Assembly: GCF_964204645.1 (NCBI RefSeq)
Contig: NC_134030.1
Span: 62,001 to 126,000, forward strand
Direction: 5' to 3'
Length of the DNA: 64,000 nucleotides
From: Tubulanus polymorphus
Taxonomy: Eukaryota > Animalia > Nemertea
A model generated the notes under the pieces. It was not told where the DNA came from. It did not search any database and worked only from the letters and a program-made list of their open reading frames with translations. This document shows positions 63,629 to 64,000 of the stretch, piece after piece. The number at the start of each line of letters is the position of its first letter. Within the stretch, counting starts at the first letter, position 1. Position numbers and translations under genes: made by a program.

Positions 63629-64000
63629 GGATTATCCGTGTATCGATGACAGGATTATCCGTGTATTGATGACAGGATTATCCGTGTATCCATGACAGGA
63701 TTATCCATGTATCGATGACAGGATTATCCATGTATCGATGACAGGATTATCCGTGTATCGATGATAGGATTATCCATGTATCGATGACAGGATTATCCAT
63801 GTAACGATGACAGGATTATCCATGTATCGATGACAGGATTATCCGTGTATCGATGACAGGATTATCCGTGTATCGATGACAGGATTATCCGTGTATCGAT
63901 GACAGAATTATCCATGTATCGATGACAGAATTATCCGTGTATCGATGACAGGATTATCCGTGTGTCCATGACAGGATTATCCATGTATCGATGACAGGAT
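63629..64000. repeat. 23-bp tandem repeat truncated by the window end (V-ATPase intron)
   Basis: GATGACAGGATTATCCGTGTATC. Confidence 0.96.

Overview
This window is eukaryotic, not prokaryotic. It is gene-dense, AT-rich genomic DNA from a bilaterian invertebrate, probably a lophotrochozoan (inferred from a Cut8 gene, TTAGGG-type repeats and CTCF-like motifs). Most long ORFs in the six-frame track are tandem-repeat artefacts, so I assembled the genes by hand from GT-AG exons. In order: the 3' end of a neurogranin/GAP-43/PEP-19-like twin-IQ protein (+); the 3' end of a Ser/Lys/Glu-rich protein (+); a secreted divergent-MAM/mucin protein with about 40 N-glycosylation sequons (+); ZGPAT (-) head-to-head with GTF2H4/TFIIH p52 (+); an ERG/FEV-type ETS factor (+); a Cut8/Sts1 proteasome tether (+); and the 3' two-thirds of a V-ATPase V0 subunit a gene (-). 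Many introns carry their own minisatellite. Main oddities: (1) in three unrelated genes the intronic repeat is an amplified copy of the splice acceptor plus the start of the next exon, the decoy copies run into an in-frame stop, and only the last copy is the real exon; (2) two of these arrays also carry 18-19 tandem CTCF-like motifs; (3) the V-ATPase gene has candidate mutually exclusive exons; (4) a tRNA-derived element ends in TTAGGG repeats; (5) a composite element combines a long hairpin with a 72/76-bp satellite. Exon boundaries were read by eye and may be off by a few bases.
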